The position numbers and the translations under genes were made by a program. From NCBI GenBank assembly GCA_965206645.1, contig CBDBKE010000002.1, positions 736,001 to 800,000 on the forward strand: a stretch of 64,000 bases of DNA, written 5' to 3'. The notes beneath the pieces were generated by a model that saw nothing but the letters and a program-made list of their open reading frames with translations, ran no database searches and was not told where the DNA came from. Source of the stretch: Terriglobia bacterium (GTDB taxonomy: Bacteria > Acidobacteriota > Terriglobia > JAJPHL01 > JAPKYU01). Shown one piece after another: positions 42,691-54,269 of this stretch (position 1 is the stretch's first letter; each line of letters starts with the position of its first letter).

Positions 42691-44313
42691 ATGAAAGTTC
42701 GGCAGGTCCTGGGGTTGGCGGCGGTGGCGTGGCTTCTGCTGGCCGGAGCAGCGCACAGCACCACCTGCATGATCCTCCCCTTCGAGAACCAGACGGGCGA
42801 TGCCCACCTGGAGTGGATCAGCGAGAGCTTCGCCGAAGGGCTGGCCGAGCGCTTGGATGGGCCCTCTTTTTACGTCGTCAGCCGCGAAGAACGCGCCGCG
42901 GCCTTCGATCTGCTGGGCATCCCCGCGGCCAGAATCCTGAGCCGGGCTACTATCCTCAAGCTGGCTGAAACCATCGATGCCGACTATGTCATCCTGGGCC
43001 AGTACTCTTTGGCGGCGCCCAACCAGCTTCAGGCCCGGGCGCGGCTGCTGGAAATGCACCCGCCGCGGCTGCGCTCCAAATTCACTCAGTCCAGGCCGCT
43101 GTCGGAGCTGCTGGTGCTGCAGGACCGTCTGGCAGTGGCGATTTCCCGCGCGCTGGAAGTCGGTCCCGGCAGCCTGCCGGGCGGCTTGGCTCCGATGCCC
43201 GAGCCGCGCGTCCGCCTCGACGCCTGGGAAAATTACATCCGAGGCTTGCTGGCATCCTCGCGCTCCGAGCAGGTGAAACTTTTTCGCGAAGCCGCGCGAA
43301 AAGACCGGAGCTTCGGTAGCGCCGCTCTGGAGTTGGGCAAGTTCTATTTCCAGAACCGCGACTGTCCGACTGCCATCCCCTGGCTCACTAAGCTGAAGAG
43401 CGGGAAAGCTGGCTTCTTGGAGGCCCGGTTCCTGTTGGGAATCTGTTGCTTCTCCCTCGAAAAGTACGAGAAGGCGGAAGCCGCCTTCCGGACAGTGGCC
43501 GAGCGTCTTCCCCTGAATGAGGCCTACAACAACCTGGGGGCGGCGCAGTCGCGGCGCAATCAGCCGGCGGCGCTGGACAGCTTTCGCAAAGCGGCCGAAG
43601 GGGACCCGGCTGACCCCGTCTACAGCTTCAATCTGGGTTACTGGCATTGGAAGTCGGGACAGTACGCCAGCGCCGCATGGCAATTTCGCTTGGCGCTGGA
43701 GAGAAATCCCGAGGATGGGCAGGTCCGTGCCTTGCTGGTGAAATCTCTTGAACGCGCCGGTAACATTGTGGAAGCTGCCAGGGAACGCCAGTTGCTGGTT
43801 GATGACCGCGCCGCCGTCCGGATCACCGACCTCGACGAGCAGGCCTTCCAGGGTCTGGAGCGCCTCAAAGAAAACTATCATGGCCGCAGGTTTCGCCAGC
43901 TTCAGTTGGTGTTAGAAATATTGAGGGAAGAAAGCCTGTCCCGCCTGCCGAGGGAGCAGCACGCTGAGTCGCACCTGGAGCGAGGTCGCGAACTGTTGGG
44001 TGAGACAAGGGACGCTGAGGCACTCGGCGAACTGCGCGAAGCCGTGCGGCTGAATCCGAATCAGGCGGAGGCCCATCTCCTACTGGGGTGGCTGCACGAA
44101 CGAGGTGGCCGTCGTGAAGAAGCGGTTCGAGAAGCGCGCCTGGCGCTGACCTCGGAAAATTCCTTGGAAGCCCACCTGCTACTGGCCAAGATCTATCTGG
44201 AACAGGAGCGGGTGGCCGAGGCGGAACAGCAAGCCCTGCAGGCGCTCGAAGTGGAGCCGGAGAATGTCGCCGCCCGCTCCGTGCTGGAAACGATCCAGAT
44301 GCGAACGCCGTGA
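42691..44313 (+). CDS. Secreted TPR protein with N-terminal TolB_N-like domain
   Basis: Signal peptide, ILPFENQT..LEWISE, multiple TPRs; TATAAT and GGAGG upstream. Confidence 0.8.
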   Translation: MKVRQVLGLAAVAWLLLAGAAHSTTCMILPFENQTGDAHLEWISESFAEGLAERLDGPSFYVVSREERAAAFDLLGIPAARILSRATILKLAETIDADYVILGQYSLAAPNQLQARARLLEMHPPRLRSKFTQSRPLSELLVLQDRLAVAISRALEVGPGSLPGGLAPMPEPRVRLDAWENYIRGLLASSRSEQVKLFREAARKDRSFGSAALELGKFYFQNRDCPTAIPWLTKLKSGKAGFLEARFLLGICCFSLEKYEKAEAAFRTVAERLPLNEAYNNLGAAQSRRNQPAALDSFRKAAEGDPADPVYSFNLGYWHWKSGQYASAAWQFRLALERNPEDGQVRALLVKSLERAGNIVEAARERQLLVDDRAAVRITDLDEQAFQGLERLKENYHGRRFRQLQLVLEILREESLSRLPREQHAESHLERGRELLGETRDAEALGELREAVRLNPNQAEAHLLLGWLHERGGRREEAVREARLALTSENSLEAHLLLAKIYLEQERVAEAEQQALQALEVEPENVAARSVLETIQMRTP

Positions 44314-45731
44314 CAGAGAGAATGACACAGAGTATGCAGTTCGGAGCGGGAAATCCTCAGGCCTGGCGCCAGTGGCGTCACAGACTGTTTTTTCTGCTGC
44401 CGGTCATGGTGCTGCTGCTGAGGCTTCCAGCCGGCTCAGCCCCAGCCGCCTCAGCCCCGGCTGGCTCTGGCAATGCTACCGTCCTGAAGCTGGAACTGGA
44501 CACGATCGTCCACCCGCTCACCGCAGAGTATATCGAGCGTGGCTTGCAGGCTGCCGCAGCGCAACAGGCCGACGCGGTGTTACTGCGGTTGAACACCCCC
44601 GGCGGCCTGGACACCGCCATGCGGCGAATCATTGAGAAAATTCTTGCCTCGCCGGTGCCGGTGCTGGCTTGGGTTGGTCCGGGGGGAAGCCGGGCGGCAT
44701 CGGCCGGTTTTCTGATTCTGCTTTCGGCCGACGTGGCCGCCATGGCCCCTGGCACGAATACCGGTGCGGCCCACCCGGTGCTCATCGGCGGCCAGGAGAT
44801 GGACGAGTTGCTGCGGCAGAAGGTGGAGCAAGACGCCGCCGCCTACATCCGTTCCATCGCCGGCAAGCGCGGGCGCAACGCGGAACTGGCCGAGAAGGGG
44901 GTGCTGGAAAGCAAGTCCTTCACCGAAACTGAAGCGCTCGAGAATCGCCTGATTGAGGTGATTGCCGCTTCGCCGCAGGAGTTGATGAACAAGATGGAGG
45001 GGAAGACCATCCAGCGTTTTGGAGGCGAGTCGGTCACGCTCAACCTGGCCGGCGCCCAGCTGGTCGCCTACGAGCCCAGCGCCCGCTACCGCTTTCTGCG
45101 GCGGATCATTGATCCCAATATCGCCTTCATTCTGCTGGCATTGGGAGCTTTGGGCTTGTATGTTGAGTTTTCCAACCCCGGCCTGATCGTCCCCGGCGTC
45201 GCAGGCGGCATTCTGCTGTTACTGGGCATGTTTGCTTTGTCGCTGCTACCCATCAACTGGACGGGCGCCTTCCTGATCATTCTGGCTTTTGCCTTCTTCC
45301 TCTTGGAGGCCAAACTTATGAGCCATGGCGTGCTGGCCGCAGGTGGTATTCTGTCCATGATCCTGGGCGCACTCATCCTGGTGGATACTCCGATTCCGGA
45401 GATGAGAATCAAGTTGGTCACCGCTCTCTCCGTTGCCCTGCCCCTGGGCCTGATTACGGTATTCTTGCTCCGTCTGGCTTTCAAGGCATGGAAAAGCAAA
45501 GTTGTGACCGGAGATGTCGGGCTGCTGGACGACGTGGGGACCGCCCAGACCGACTTGGCGCCAGAGGGGAAGATTTTCATCCAAGGAGAAATCTGGAAGG
45601 CGGTCAGCAGCTCGCCGTTGCCGCGCGGCACCCGGGTGCGGGTGCGGGCCATTGAGGGCCTGCTGCTGCGGGTGGAACCAGACGGCAGCGGACCCTCAGT
45701 CCCGGCGGAGCAAACTCGGCCCCGAATCTAA
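44310..45731 (+). CDS. nfeD: NfeD membrane-bound ClpP-class serine protease
   Basis: [24 protein letters not shown] and GEIWKA; precedes a stomatin gene. Confidence 0.92.
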   Translation: MTERMTQSMQFGAGNPQAWRQWRHRLFFLLPVMVLLLRLPAGSAPAASAPAGSGNATVLKLELDTIVHPLTAEYIERGLQAAAAQQADAVLLRLNTPGGLDTAMRRIIEKILASPVPVLAWVGPGGSRAASAGFLILLSADVAAMAPGTNTGAAHPVLIGGQEMDELLRQKVEQDAAAYIRSIAGKRGRNAELAEKGVLESKSFTETEALENRLIEVIAASPQELMNKMEGKTIQRFGGESVTLNLAGAQLVAYEPSARYRFLRRIIDPNIAFILLALGALGLYVEFSNPGLIVPGVAGGILLLLGMFALSLLPINWTGAFLIILAFAFFLLEAKLMSHGVLAAGGILSMILGALILVDTPIPEMRIKLVTALSVALPLGLITVFLLRLAFKAWKSKVVTGDVGLLDDVGTAQTDLAPEGKIFIQGEIWKAVSSSPLPRGTRVRVRAIEGLLLRVEPDGSGPSVPAEQTRPRI

Positions 45732-45757
45732 TCCTACTATTTTGCACGGAGGTGCAT

Positions 45758-46528
45758 ATGTTCGGACTCGGTCCCCTAGGGGTTGTAGCGGTCATTCTTG
45801 CTATCTACTTCCTCAACTCGATCAACATCTTGAAGGAGTACGAGCGTGGGGTCATCTTCCGCCTGGGGCGCCTGCTAGAGAAGGCTAAAGGCCCCGGCCT
45901 GATCTTTGTCTTTTGGCCGCTTGATCAAATAGTGCGCGTCCCGCTGCGGATCGAAACCATGGACATCCCGCCGCAGGACGTCATCACCCGCGACAACGTC
46001 ACTCTCAAGGTGAACGCCGTGCTGTACTTCCGGGTGATGAATGCGCCCGACGCGGTGGTGAAGGTGACCAACTACCTGTACGCCACCTCGCAGCTGGCGC
46101 AGACCACCTTGCGCAGCGTCTTGGGCGAGGTGGAATTGGATGAGCTGCTTGCCCGGCGCGAAAAGCTGAACAGCCGGCTGCAAACCATTCTCGATGAGGA
46201 CACCGAACCGTGGGGGATCAAGGTGACCAAGGTCGAAGTGAAGCAGGTGGACCTGCCCGACGAGATGAAGCGTGCCATCGCCAAGCAGGCCGAAGCGGAA
46301 CGGGAACGCCGCGCCAAGATTATTCACGCCGAAGGCGAATTTCAGGCTGCCTCGCGCCTCACAGCGGCCGCGGCCATCATCGCCGAGCAGCCAGCGGCCG
46401 TCACACTGCGCTACTTGCAGACGCTCACCGAAATCGGTGTGGAGCGGAACACCACCATTGTTTTCCCCCTGCCGGTGGACATTCTTTCCGCCTTCCAGGG
46501 CAAGAAAAAGGAGAGCACCGGCACCTAG
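45758..46528 (+). CDS. Stomatin/slipin (SPFH) protein
   Basis: [31 protein letters not shown] and [10 protein letters not shown]. Confidence 0.95.
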   Translation: MFGLGPLGVVAVILAIYFLNSINILKEYERGVIFRLGRLLEKAKGPGLIFVFWPLDQIVRVPLRIETMDIPPQDVITRDNVTLKVNAVLYFRVMNAPDAVVKVTNYLYATSQLAQTTLRSVLGEVELDELLARREKLNSRLQTILDEDTEPWGIKVTKVEVKQVDLPDEMKRAIAKQAEAERERRAKIIHAEGEFQAASRLTAAAAIIAEQPAAVTLRYLQTLTEIGVERNTTIVFPLPVDILSAFQGKKKESTGT

Positions 46529-46668
46529 CAGGTGCGCACTGTGGAATGCGGGGGTTGGAATTCCCGCTCGACAATCCAAGAAGCGGGCCAAGAAGCACGT
46601 TGCAATGTGCCTTTCTGGTGACCGGGCCACCCAGGTCTCTCTCGCAGGATTACGAGTAGAATACGGTC

Positions 46669-47235
46669 ATGCGTACAGGAGCGCAGGGGCAATACGACGT
46701 CGTACTGGAAAACCGCCAAATCACGATCATCTTCTTCGCCGTGGTCGTCTTGTGCGCGGTATTCTTCGCTCTCGGCTACATCGTGGGGAAGAACACGACA
46801 GGCTATATTGGACCGGCTGGAGCAGGCGTGACACCCGTCCCAGGAGAGAGCAGCGCCCTCGCTCGGGCCGGCGTTGCTGACCCGACGAATGTCCAGGCGG
46901 CTTCTGCCCTTCCGGCCTCCGAGTTGAATTTCCAGCAGGCGCTGGAGAAGAAGGGATCCCCGGCCAGGTTGCAGACCCGGTCGAGCACTCGTCCCGCTGC
47001 TGCAGTTACGACAGGGCCGGCTGTCCACCTCCAGGTGGCTGCCCTCAGCAAGAAGCAGGACGCCGAAGCGCTGCTCAGCCTGTTGAGGAGCAAGGGGTTT
47101 TCGGTGGTTCTGGTCACCTCGCAAGCCGACCGCCTGTATCGCGTGCAAGTGGGTCCGTTCACTTCAGACAGAGGGGTCGAGCGGGCGAAGCAGCGTTTGC
47201 AACAGGAAGGCTTCAAGACCATCACGAAGAAATGA
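46669..47235 (+). CDS. SPOR-domain bitopic membrane protein
   Basis: One TM segment, then LQVAAL and YRVQVGPF. Confidence 0.85.
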   Translation: MRTGAQGQYDVVLENRQITIIFFAVVVLCAVFFALGYIVGKNTTGYIGPAGAGVTPVPGESSALARAGVADPTNVQAASALPASELNFQQALEKKGSPARLQTRSSTRPAAAVTTGPAVHLQVAALSKKQDAEALLSLLRSKGFSVVLVTSQADRLYRVQVGPFTSDRGVERAKQRLQQEGFKTITKK

Positions 47236-47248
47236 TGGCACCAAGATA

Positions 47249-48139
47249 ATGATGGCCGGGCGACTCCCGGATTGGGTCCGAAATCCTCAAACCAACTGGA
47301 TAGCTCTACACCAGCTCAAAGCTGGACTCCGCCGGCACCGCCTGCACACGGTCTGCGAGTCGGCTCGGTGTCCCAACCTCCATGAATGCTTTGCCCGCGG
47401 CTCGGCTACCTTCATGATTCTGGGCAACACCTGCACGCGCAGTTGCGGCTTCTGCGCGGTGCCACGAGGGCGGCCGGAGACGCTGGACTCCGAGGAACCG
47501 GAAAATGTGGCGCGCATGGCGGCCAGCATGGGCCTGCGCTACGTGGTCATCACCAGCGTCAACCGCGATGAGCTGTCTGACGGAGGCGCCACCCATTGGG
47601 CCGCCACCATCTCCGCCTTGCGCCGGCAGCTGACGTCGGCGCGAGTGGAAGTGCTGACGCCGGATTTCTGCGGCAACCGGGAGGCACTGGCGAGGGTGGT
47701 GGCCGCCGGCCCCGATGTTTACAACCACAACATGGAGACGGTGGCGCGCCTCTATTGCCGGGTTCGGCCGCAAGCTGACTACCATCGCTCCTTGCAGCTA
47801 CTGGCCGCCGTTCGACAGCTGGCGCCTGCAATGCTGACCAAGTCCGGCTTCATGCTGGGGCTGGGAGAGTCGCATGGGGAAGTGAAGCAACTGCTCGATG
47901 ACCTGCGCGCCGTGGATTGCGACGTGGTCACCATTGGCCAGTACCTTCAGCCGACCCGCCGGAACCTGCCGGTGGTCGAATACTTGCTTCCGGAAAAGTT
48001 CACCGACTACCGCGACTACGGTCTTTCACTGGGCTTCCGGGCCGTCTTCAGCGGCCCGCTGGTGCGCAGTTCTTACATGGCCGACCAAGTTCTTGATTCC
48101 TTTGAAGCAAGAGCACCACTGGGCGGGTCTGACAATTAA
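47249..48139 (+). CDS. lipA: Lipoyl synthase
   Basis: CESARCPNLHEC, CTRSCGFC and RSSY. Confidence 0.96.
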   Translation: MMAGRLPDWVRNPQTNWIALHQLKAGLRRHRLHTVCESARCPNLHECFARGSATFMILGNTCTRSCGFCAVPRGRPETLDSEEPENVARMAASMGLRYVVITSVNRDELSDGGATHWAATISALRRQLTSARVEVLTPDFCGNREALARVVAAGPDVYNHNMETVARLYCRVRPQADYHRSLQLLAAVRQLAPAMLTKSGFMLGLGESHGEVKQLLDDLRAVDCDVVTIGQYLQPTRRNLPVVEYLLPEKFTDYRDYGLSLGFRAVFSGPLVRSSYMADQVLDSFEARAPLGGSDN

Positions 48140-48270
48140 CCAGATCCTAGTGGTGAATTGAGCAAGCTGTCCCTTGCTGATCCAGATAAAATCGAAACTC
48201 GCGGGACTGCTTCCGAGCATGTCAGAATCCGCAAGATCCGCCTAGTCCACCGATCCTGAGGAGGCCACCG

Positions 48271-49803
48271 GTGCCGATCCGTCTGCGTCCCTGGTTCCTG
48301 AGCGTTGCCAGTGGCTTGCTGCTGGTGGCAGCGTTTCCGAAATGGAATCTGGGGTTCCTGGCCTGGGTTGCGCTGGTCCCGCTGCTGCTCGTCCTCGAGC
48401 GCGCCCCTCGTGTACGCACGGCTTTTGGCCTGGGCTACCTCTGCGGCGCGGTGTTCTTCGGCGGCACGATCTACTGGGTTCGCTTGGTGATGCTCGAGTA
48501 CGGGGGACTGGGCCAGGCGGCCGCCGCCGGAGTTTTGCTGGTGTTTGTGGCCGTGCTGGCCTGCTTCTTCGGTGCGTTCGCTGCGCTGGCCCGTCTGCTA
48601 CTGGCTCTGCCGGAGAGGTACATCCTGTGGGGCCTGCCGGCACTGTGGGTGGGCGTAGAACTTCTGCGGGCGCACCTGTTCACAGGCTTCCCCTGGCTGC
48701 TGCTGGGCTACGCGCTGGCCGAACACTTGTTGCCTGTACAACTGGCGCGGCTGGGCGGCGTCTACCTGCTGTCGTTTGTGGTGGTGCTCTTCAATACCGG
48801 CATCCTTCTGATGATGCGCAAGCCAACCCGGCGGCGCGGCATGGCGCTGGCGGCAGCCTTTTTTGTGCTGGCCGCCGCATCTTTGGGGGGCACCCTGCTG
48901 CCCACGCCAGAGGCGCCGGAGACGGCCTACCTGGTCCAGGCCCAGGCCTCGCTGGCCGAAGAATGGACTGTGGCGTCGGTTTACAAACTGTTCGCGGACC
49001 TGGAAGTCCGCGTCCTGGCGGCCTACGCGCGCAACCAGTCGCGCTCCGGCCTGGTGCTCTGGCCAGAAATTCCGGCCTCGTTTTACTACCACGAAGACCC
49101 GTTGCTTCGGGAGCGCCTGCATCACCTGGCCCGCCTCACACAGAGCCATCATCTGGTTAACGTCGTTGCTTTTGCCGACGCCGAACGGAAAGAACCGCTG
49201 AATTCCGCGGTGCTGATCAGCCCGGCCGGCGAGTTCCTCGGCCGGTATGATAAAATTCATCTGGTCCCTTTCGGCGAGTACGTTCCGCTGAGGAATCTGT
49301 TTTTCTTTGCGGGCAAGCTCACCGCCGAGGTGGGGGACTTTGTGCCGGGCACGCGGCCAGTGCCGCTGGGCGACCGACACCCGGTGGCCGCGCTGATTTG
49401 CTACGAGGGCATTTTCCCGGACCTGGTGCGGCAGTTCAGCGCCGGCGGCGCCGAACTGCTGGTGAATCTCTCGAACGACAGCTGGTACGGGGATTCGGCG
49501 GCGCGCCACCAGTTGCTGTTGATGTCGCGGCTGCGGGCAATTGAGAACGGCCGCTGGTTGCTGCGGGCCACCAACACGGGGATTACAGTGATCGTAGATC
49601 CCTACGGCCGGCTACAGACCTTCCCCCCGGACCAGCGGGCTGCCTTCACCGGTAAGTTTGGTTATTTGGGTGGCCGGACGCCCTACGTGGCCTTTGGCCA
49701 CTGGTTCCCGGTGCTGGCGGCTGCGGCCGCCCTGGTCCTGCTGGTGAAGGCCGCGCGGTTGCGGAAGAGCCGGGTACCTGAGAAAGCTGGAGGTGCTTCA
49801 TGA
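48271..49803 (+). CDS. lnt: Apolipoprotein N-acyltransferase
   Basis: GFPW, LWPE, YDKIHLVPFGEY, ICYE, SNDSWYG and RATNTG. Confidence 0.95.
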   Translation: MPIRLRPWFLSVASGLLLVAAFPKWNLGFLAWVALVPLLLVLERAPRVRTAFGLGYLCGAVFFGGTIYWVRLVMLEYGGLGQAAAAGVLLVFVAVLACFFGAFAALARLLLALPERYILWGLPALWVGVELLRAHLFTGFPWLLLGYALAEHLLPVQLARLGGVYLLSFVVVLFNTGILLMMRKPTRRRGMALAAAFFVLAAASLGGTLLPTPEAPETAYLVQAQASLAEEWTVASVYKLFADLEVRVLAAYARNQSRSGLVLWPEIPASFYYHEDPLLRERLHHLARLTQSHHLVNVVAFADAERKEPLNSAVLISPAGEFLGRYDKIHLVPFGEYVPLRNLFFFAGKLTAEVGDFVPGTRPVPLGDRHPVAALICYEGIFPDLVRQFSAGGAELLVNLSNDSWYGDSAARHQLLLMSRLRAIENGRWLLRATNTGITVIVDPYGRLQTFPPDQRAAFTGKFGYLGGRTPYVAFGHWFPVLAAAAALVLLVKAARLRKSRVPEKAGGAS

Positions 49804-50916
49804 TGATGGAAGAATTGCAACGCAACTACGACACGCTTCAGGAGAAAATCCGCGACGTGCGGAGCTTTCTTTGACACTCCGGCGCGCAGCAAAGAGTTAG
49901 CCGAAATCGAGCAGCGGATTTCCCGCCCTGAGTTCTGGCAGAACCCGGAACAATCCCAGAAAGTCCTGCAGGCGCGGAAGCGCCTGACCGACGTGGTGGA
50001 AACGGACCGCGAACTGGTCCGGCGCCTCTCCGACCTGGACACGTTTTTCGAACTGGCCCGCGAAGGGGAGGATGTCTCCGGCGAGTTACGTCAGGAACTC
50101 GAGCGGCTGCAAGGGGAAGTGGACCGGCTGGAGACACGCACCTTGCTGGCCGGGGAGCACGACGCCCGCAACGCCATCGTCACCATCCACCCCGGGGCCG
50201 GCGGCACCGAGTCGCAGGATTGGGCCCAGATGCTGCTCCGCATGTACCTGCGCTGGGCCGAGCGGCAGGGCTTCCACACCGCCGTCAACGACCTGCAGGC
50301 CGGCGAGGAAGCTGGGATCAAGTCGGCCACCTTCACTGTCACAGGTGACTACGCCTACGGGCTGTTGCAGTCCGAGATCGGCGTGCATCGCCTGGTGCGC
50401 ATCTCTCCCTTTGACCAGGCAGCGCGACGTCACACCTCCTTTGCGTCGGTGTTTGTCTCGCCGGAAATTGACGACACCATTCAGGTGAACATCCGCGAAG
50501 AGGAGTTGCGCATTGACACCTTTTGCTCCTCCGGCCCCGGCGGTCAGGGAGTGAACACCACCTACTCGGCGGTGCGCATCACCCACCTGCCCACGGGCAC
50601 CGTCGTGCAGTGCCAGAATGAGCGCTCCCAGCACAAGAACCGCGACGTGGCCATGAAGATTCTCCGCTCGCGCCTCTATGAATTGGAGCTGGAGAAGAAG
50701 CGCGAGGAAGCGCGGCGAGTGGAGGATTCCAAACTGGATATTAATTTCGGCAGCCAGATCCGCTCCTATGTGCTGGCGCCTTACCGGATGGTCAAGGACC
50801 TCCGCACCAGGGTGGAGATTGGCGACGTGGATCGTGTCCTGGACGGGGGCCTGGAGCCGTTGGTCCGCGCCTACCTGCTGGCACGCCGTCCCGGTACCAG
50901 CAGCAAGCCCGCATAA
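49800..50916 (+). CDS. prfB: Peptide chain release factor 2 with programmed +1 frameshift (CTT TGA C at 49869-49875)
   Basis: Short first frame MMMEELQ...SFL joins the D-T-P frame containing GGTES, SPF and GGQ; GGAG just upstream of the shift site. Confidence 0.96.
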
Positions 50917-50934
50917 GCCGCCACAGAGTGAACA

Positions 50935-51852
50935 CTAGGTTTCGCTTTCCAGCACAGCGGCCAATCGATTTTCCAGAATGAGCTGAGAGTCGAAATTTGC
51001 AATTTTCAGGGACGCAGCCGTGGCCGTCTCCAGGGCCTTCCTCGGGATGAGACCAACAATCTCGCTGTCGACCACGACCGCGCCGCAACGTGCTGCCTCG
51101 CTCTCCACGGCCTGGAACACGCGGTGGATGGGCGTCTGCTTAAAATCGGTGAGATTCATGGAAACCTGCGCGAGATTACGCGACTTCAGTTCCACTCCCA
51201 TGGCCTTTACGTAGGGCAGGCCGCCGCTGGAGGCGCGAACTGCCCGGGCCACTTTCTTAGCCACCTGCACATCGGCTGTGTTCAAGACAATGTTGTAGGC
51301 GATCAGGAACTTTCGCGCACCGACGACGGTGGCACCGGCGGTAGGATGCACGCGCGGCTCGCCGAAATCCGGACGGCGTTCTTCGCTGGCAGCGATCTCC
51401 TGGCGGAGACTTTCGAACTCCCCGCGCCGGATGCTTTCCAGGTTGTGTCGCTGGGAGCGCATCGCGGCCGCTTCGTAGAGATACACGGGCACGCCGAGTT
51501 GCTCCCAGATCTGCTGGCCCACCCGGCGGGCCAGCGCCACGCAGTCTTGCAGCGTGACGCCCTCCAGCGGCACGAAGGGCACCACATCGGCCGCACCCAG
51601 GCGCGGGTGCACGCCGCGCTGCTGGTTCAGGTCAATCACCTCGACGGCGCGGGCCACGCCTCGCACCGCAGCTTCCCCCACGCTCTCCGGGCTGCCCACA
51701 AAGGTGATCACCGAGCGGTTGTGGTCTGCATCCATTTCGCACCGCAGGACGTAGACGCCGGCCACGCTGCGGATTGCCTCTGCGATGGCCTGCACCTTGG
51801 CCGCGTCACGCCCCTCGCTGAAATTGGGCACGCATTCCACGAGCGTCCGCAT
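50935..51852 (-). CDS. ftcD: Glutamate formimidoyltransferase
   Basis: ECVPNFSEGR, DADHNRSV, HPRLGAADV, GARKFLIAYN and QVSMNL. Confidence 0.93.
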   Translation of the reverse strand: MRTLVECVPNFSEGRDAAKVQAIAEAIRSVAGVYVLRCEMDADHNRSVITFVGSPESVGEAAVRGVARAVEVIDLNQQRGVHPRLGAADVVPFVPLEGVTLQDCVALARRVGQQIWEQLGVPVYLYEAAAMRSQRHNLESIRRGEFESLRQEIAASEERRPDFGEPRVHPTAGATVVGARKFLIAYNIVLNTADVQVAKKVARAVRASSGGLPYVKAMGVELKSRNLAQVSMNLTDFKQTPIHRVFQAVESEAARCGAVVVDSEIVGLIPRKALETATAASLKIANFDSQLILENRLAAVLESET

Positions 51853-51915
51853 GGGTACGACCACTCCGCTTAGCATGTGCTAGAATCCGGCCAGTGAGCA
51901 AGGAGGGAGCCCGAG

Positions 51916-52080
51916 ATGCCCCATTATGACTACCGGTGCCGCGATTGTAAGAAGCGGTTCTCGAAGATCTTGACGCTCAGCGAGTACGGCCGGGGGAAGG
52001 TGAAGTGCCCTAAGTGCGGCAGTCGCAAGGTGGAGCAGGTGCTCACAAGTTTCTTCGCGGTCACTTCGAAGAAGAGCTGA
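51916..52080 (+). CDS. FmdB-family zinc-ribbon protein, 54 aa (not in ORF track)
   Basis: [11 protein letters not shown]...KCPKCGS...FFAVTSKKS; AGGAGG upstream. Confidence 0.88.
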   Translation: MPHYDYRCRDCKKRFSKILTLSEYGRGKVKCPKCGSRKVEQVLTSFFAVTSKKS

Positions 52081-53740
52081 AAGGAACGCGCAACCCCGCC
52101 TTTTGCGCAAAGTCTTGCGCCTCCTCGTAGCCGACGTCGGCATGCCGGACGATGCCCAGGCCGGGGTCGTTCGTGAGGACGCGCTCCAAGCGTTGGGCGC
52201 CTTCCGCGGTGCCCTCCGCCACCGTAACTTGCCCAGCGTGAAGCGAGTATCCGATGCCCACTCCTCCTCCATTTTGCAGAGAAACCCAGCTGGCCCCGGA
52301 GGCGGTGTTCAGCAGGGCACTCAGCACAGGCCAGTCGGCCACCGCGGCGCTGCCATCCTTCATGCCTTCGGTTTCGCAGTAGGGGGAAGCCACCGAGCCA
52401 CAGTCCAGATGGTCGCGCCCGATCACCACCGGCGCCTTCAACTTTCCCGTTCTGACCAGATCGTTGATGGCCAGGCCAAAGGTAGCGCGCTGGCCATATC
52501 CCAGCCAGCAGATGCGCGCCGGCAAGCCCTGGAAGCGGACCCGGCGGCGGGCCAGCTCGATCCATCGCCCGAGAACGCGGTCCTCCGGGAATAGCTGGCA
52601 CACCAGGTCGTCGGTGACGGCGATGTCAGCCGGATCGCCCGACAGCGCCACCCAGCGAAACGGTCCTCGTCCTTCACAGAAGAGCGGCCGGATGTAGGCC
52701 TGCACAAATCCCGGAAAGGCATAGGCCTCCGTGACTCCCGCCTTGTTGGCCAGGGTCCGGATGTTATTGCCGTAGTCGAAAGCCACAGCGCCGAGCTTCC
52801 GCAAGGCGAGGATGCCTTCGACATGGCGTGCGATCGAGTCCATGCTGCGCTTCAGGTACCCGGCGGGATCGCTCTGGCGCAGGTCGGCGGCCTGCTCGAG
52901 CGAGCAGCCGGCCGGGATGTAGCCGTTGAGGGGATCGTGGGCGCTGGTCTGGTCGGTGAGCAGGTCGGGAACGATGCCGCGGCGGGCCAGTTCTGGGATG
53001 ACCTCGGCGCAATTGCCCACCAGCACCACCGAAGTGGCCTCCTTTTTGCGCACCGCCCTCTTTAGGATGCGGACCGCCTCGTCCAGGTCGTGGACCATGA
53101 TGTCGCAGTAGCCGACGCGCAGGCGGCGCTTCACCCGCTCCGGGTCCACCTCCACGCCCAGGAAGGTAGCGCCATTCAAGGTGGCGGCCAGCGGCTGGGC
53201 GCCGCCCATGCCGCCCATGCCCCCGCTCACCACCAGCTTTCCGGCCAGGTCACCGCTGAAATGCTTGTTGGCGGTCGCCGCAAAAGTCTCGTAGGTGCCT
53301 TGCAGGATTCCCTGTGCCCCGACGTGGATCCAGCTTCCGGCACTCATCTGGCCGTACATGATCAGCCCGGCGCGCTCCAGCTCGCGGAAATGCTCCCAGT
53401 TGGACCAGTGCCCAACTAGATTGGCATTGGCGATGAGAACGCGAGGCGCAAACTCGTGCGTGCGGAACACGCCCACCGGTTTGCCGGACTGCACGAGCAG
53501 GGTTTCGTCGTTGCCGAGCTGCTGCAGCTCGCGCACGATGGCTTCGAAACAGGCCCAGTTGCGCGCCGCCCGCCCCGAGCCGCCGTAGACAATCAGTTCC
53601 TCCGGCTTCTCGGCCACCTCCGGGTCCAGGCTGTTCATCAGCATGCGCAGCGCGGCTTCCTGGTGCCAGCCGCGGCAGGAGAGCTGGGTCCCACGAGGCG
53701 CGCGAACCGTGGGTGGGGGCTTCAGGGTCCCGGTGGTCAT
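52061..53740 (-). CDS. hutU: Urocanate hydratase homologue (divergent motifs)
   Basis: [46 protein letters not shown] and GRDHLD. Confidence 0.9.
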   Translation of the reverse strand: MTTGTLKPPPTVRAPRGTQLSCRGWHQEAALRMLMNSLDPEVAEKPEELIVYGGSGRAARNWACFEAIVRELQQLGNDETLLVQSGKPVGVFRTHEFAPRVLIANANLVGHWSNWEHFRELERAGLIMYGQMSAGSWIHVGAQGILQGTYETFAATANKHFSGDLAGKLVVSGGMGGMGGAQPLAATLNGATFLGVEVDPERVKRRLRVGYCDIMVHDLDEAVRILKRAVRKKEATSVVLVGNCAEVIPELARRGIVPDLLTDQTSAHDPLNGYIPAGCSLEQAADLRQSDPAGYLKRSMDSIARHVEGILALRKLGAVAFDYGNNIRTLANKAGVTEAYAFPGFVQAYIRPLFCEGRGPFRWVALSGDPADIAVTDDLVCQLFPEDRVLGRWIELARRRVRFQGLPARICWLGYGQRATFGLAINDLVRTGKLKAPVVIGRDHLDCGSVASPYCETEGMKDGSAAVADWPVLSALLNTASGASWVSLQNGGGVGIGYSLHAGQVTVAEGTAEGAQRLERVLTNDPGLGIVRHADVGYEEAQDFAQKAGLRVPFSSSSK

Positions 53741-53832
53741 TGCGGTTCCTCTCGACGATGGTAGCACGACCGCTTTGCGTCGGCTTTTCTCATCGGGCTT
53801 CGGCCGTCTGTCCTGCTTCTGCTCAGGCCTGA

Positions 53833-54207
53833 CTAATTGTCTGGCGGCTCGGGCGAGCGCGCCGTTTTCTTCCTGGCTCGGCGGAGCAGCTTTTCCACGC
53901 GGGAGGTGTGCTCAAAACCGCGGTCCAGTTCGAACATCAGGTCTGGGGTGAAACGAAGCGCCAGATGCTCGGCCAGCTCGTGGCGGAGGTAACGGCGGGC
54001 TGCCTCCAGGCAGCGAAGGCTTTGCTGCTGGGCCTCCTCGCCGCCAAGTACACTGACCTGGACACGGGCGTGGCGGAGATCGGGCGAAAGGCGCACTCCG
54101 GTGACGGTGGCAAAGCCGACGCGGGGGTCCCGCATGCGGCTGATCAACTGGCCCAACTGCATGCGCAGCTCATCTGCCAACCGCTCGGCCCGGTGCGATG
54201 GTTTCAT
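53833..54207 (-). CDS. rbfA: Ribosome-binding factor A
   Basis: [23 protein letters not shown] and RFTPDL.FELD; synteny. Confidence 0.95.
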   Translation of the reverse strand: MKPSHRAERLADELRMQLGQLISRMRDPRVGFATVTGVRLSPDLRHARVQVSVLGGEEAQQQSLRCLEAARRYLRHELAEHLALRFTPDLMFELDRGFEHTSRVEKLLRRARKKTARSPEPPDN

Positions 54208-54269
54208 AGGAATTGAAGGGTTGAGTCATCAGCCATAGGAGAATGCGACGGCGGCTAAACGACTTGGGG

